Sequence record: SRR22947725_1063
DNA length: 38,768 nt
Strand: one strand, 5' to 3'
The notes under the pieces are model-generated. The model was not told the origin of the DNA. It saw nothing but the letters and a program-made list of their open reading frames with translations, and ran no database searches. Positions within the stretch are counted from its first letter, which is position 1; every line of letters begins with the position of its first letter. Below are positions 37,434 through 38,768 of the stretch, piece after piece. The position numbers and the translations under genes were made by a program.

Positions 37434-37442
37434 TACAAAGTT

Positions 37443-38597
37443 ATGAAAATTAATTTCACATTTTTATTTTTTTTAGTTTCTTTCGCTACGGCGAAGGATG
37501 CTGATTGGCCGAGTCAGGAGATTTATTCCGGATCGCATGTCAATTCCGCCACCGCCCATGATTACAGTGGCGATGGGAAGCAGGAGATCCTCTTCTCTGC
37601 TGAAGGTAAGTTCTTCATGTATTTTGGTCCGAAGTATGACAAGCCCTTCGTTTTTGCCAAAGCCGAGCCGAGGTACGCCAAGATGAAACCCCGTTGTATT
37701 CATTGCGTACTCCATGATGTCGATGGGGATGGGGATCTCGACTTTGTTGGTTCCTATGTACGCGAAGTGTTCTGGCTTGAATGCCCCGATCAGAATCCAA
37801 CCAGCACCACATGGGAAATGCATCTGATTACTGATGAGATCTTTGGGGTTCATTGTATACGCTCTTTTGATATAGATCAGGATGGTAAGAATGATTTGAT
37901 CACCAATGATTTTAGCGATGACAAGGGACCCTATTCCCGATCGGTTTGCTGGCTCAAACCCAAGGTGTCAAAAAAGAAACCCATTGATTGGACGATCATT
38001 CCCCTTGCAAAAGGGACGGCCCAGGGGGGCAGTCACTACTTCGACTTTGGCGATGTGAATGGAGACGGGCGCATCGACTTTGCCATGGGTGCGAAGGGTA
38101 AACCTTTTGAAAATGGAAATTACTTTGCGGTTTATTATTCGGGGAATGATATCACCCAGCCCTGGCGAAAGGAATTACTCCCCAGTGCCGGTGAACAATT
38201 TGGAGCTACTCATGCGGCTCCCGCGGATGTGAATGGAGACGGTAAGATGGATATCCTCGCGACTCGTGGTCACGGGGTGGGGGTTATGTGGTTTGAAGCG
38301 CCCAATTGGAAACAGCATATGATTGATGACACGATTGATTCCACCCACTCCACAGATTTCGGAGATATCGATGGGGATGGCGATATTGATATGAGCACGG
38401 TCGGTTATGAATCTAAGTTGGCAGTCTGGTACGAGAATGATGGCAAGGGCAACTTCACCCGTCATGTTCTCAGTCGTGATCAAATGGCTTACGATACCAT
38501 GATCACCGATCTAGATGGGGATGGACACAAGGACATCCTCGTCGCCGGTCAACGCAGTCAGAATGTTATTTGGTTTAAGAACCCAAAGAAAAAATAA
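37443..38597 (+). CDS. Secreted FG-GAP/VCBS-repeat beta-propeller protein
   Basis: Signal peptide and seven DxxxDGxxD/E-type repeats: DYSGDGKQE, DVDGDGDLD, DIDQDGKND, DVNGDGRID, DVNGDGKMD, DIDGDGDID and DLDGDGHKD. Confidence 0.88.
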   Translation: MKINFTFLFFLVSFATAKDADWPSQEIYSGSHVNSATAHDYSGDGKQEILFSAEGKFFMYFGPKYDKPFVFAKAEPRYAKMKPRCIHCVLHDVDGDGDLDFVGSYVREVFWLECPDQNPTSTTWEMHLITDEIFGVHCIRSFDIDQDGKNDLITNDFSDDKGPYSRSVCWLKPKVSKKKPIDWTIIPLAKGTAQGGSHYFDFGDVNGDGRIDFAMGAKGKPFENGNYFAVYYSGNDITQPWRKELLPSAGEQFGATHAAPADVNGDGKMDILATRGHGVGVMWFEAPNWKQHMIDDTIDSTHSTDFGDIDGDGDIDMSTVGYESKLAVWYENDGKGNFTRHVLSRDQMAYDTMITDLDGDGHKDILVAGQRSQNVIWFKNPKKK

Positions 38598-38609
38598 TAT
38601 TAAATTTTT

Positions 38610-38768
38610 ATGAAAATTGCAGTATTGGATGGATATACGAGTAATCCCGGGGATTTGAGCTGGGATGCTTTTGAGGAATTTGGAGAGCTCACGGTGCATG
38701 ATCGGACGACACCGGAGGAGGTGGTTGCCCGGTGTGCGGGTTGTGAGGTGGTGTTTACCAATAAGGTG
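38610..38768 (+). CDS. D-2-hydroxyacid dehydrogenase (glycerate dehydrogenase-like), 5' part only
   Basis: Hand translation MKIAVLDGYTSNPGDLSWDAFEEFGELTVHDRTTPEEVVARCAGCEVVFTNKV, a typical N-terminus for this family; runs off the window. Confidence 0.88.
   Translation, partial: MKIAVLDGYTSNPGDLSWDAFEEFGELTVHDRTTPEEVVARCAGCEVVFTNKV

Noticed and set aside
37560-38540. Recurrent GATGGGGATGG/GGAGACGG nucleotide repeats
   Set aside because: They encode the FG-GAP DxDGDG protein repeats and are not a CRISPR array or DNA repeat element.

Overview
Gene-dense bacterial window, probably from a marine PVC-superphylum organism (Verrucomicrobiota/Opitutales-like). This is inferred from the gene repertoire: PVC-type dehydrogenase propellers, a PVC-type ECF sigma/FecR pair and many secreted Cys-type sulfatases. 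It holds about 28 CDSs: eight CxPxR sulfatases, an ECF sigma with a FecR-like anti-sigma, an FAD-oxidoreductase / tandem FMN-binding membrane ferredoxin / ApbE flavinylation cluster, a GIDE-LemA fusion, PepP, a PAS-AraC regulator and, divergent from it, a long catabolic run. That run encodes two PVC-type beta-propeller dehydrogenases with ThuA domains, a Gfo/Idh/MocA oxidoreductase, a HEAT+cupredoxin protein, three of the sulfatases, an RHH-Doc toxin-antitoxin pair, an FG-GAP propeller protein and a partial 2-hydroxyacid dehydrogenase. The most notable observation is that the PVC dehydrogenases have no CxxCH heme domain and blue-copper (azurin/auracyanin-type) domains take its place. One of them also appears split and gene-order-permuted into two separately secreted proteins. 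Several genes also seem to have leaderless promoters. No rRNA, tRNA, CRISPR array or transposase was recognised.
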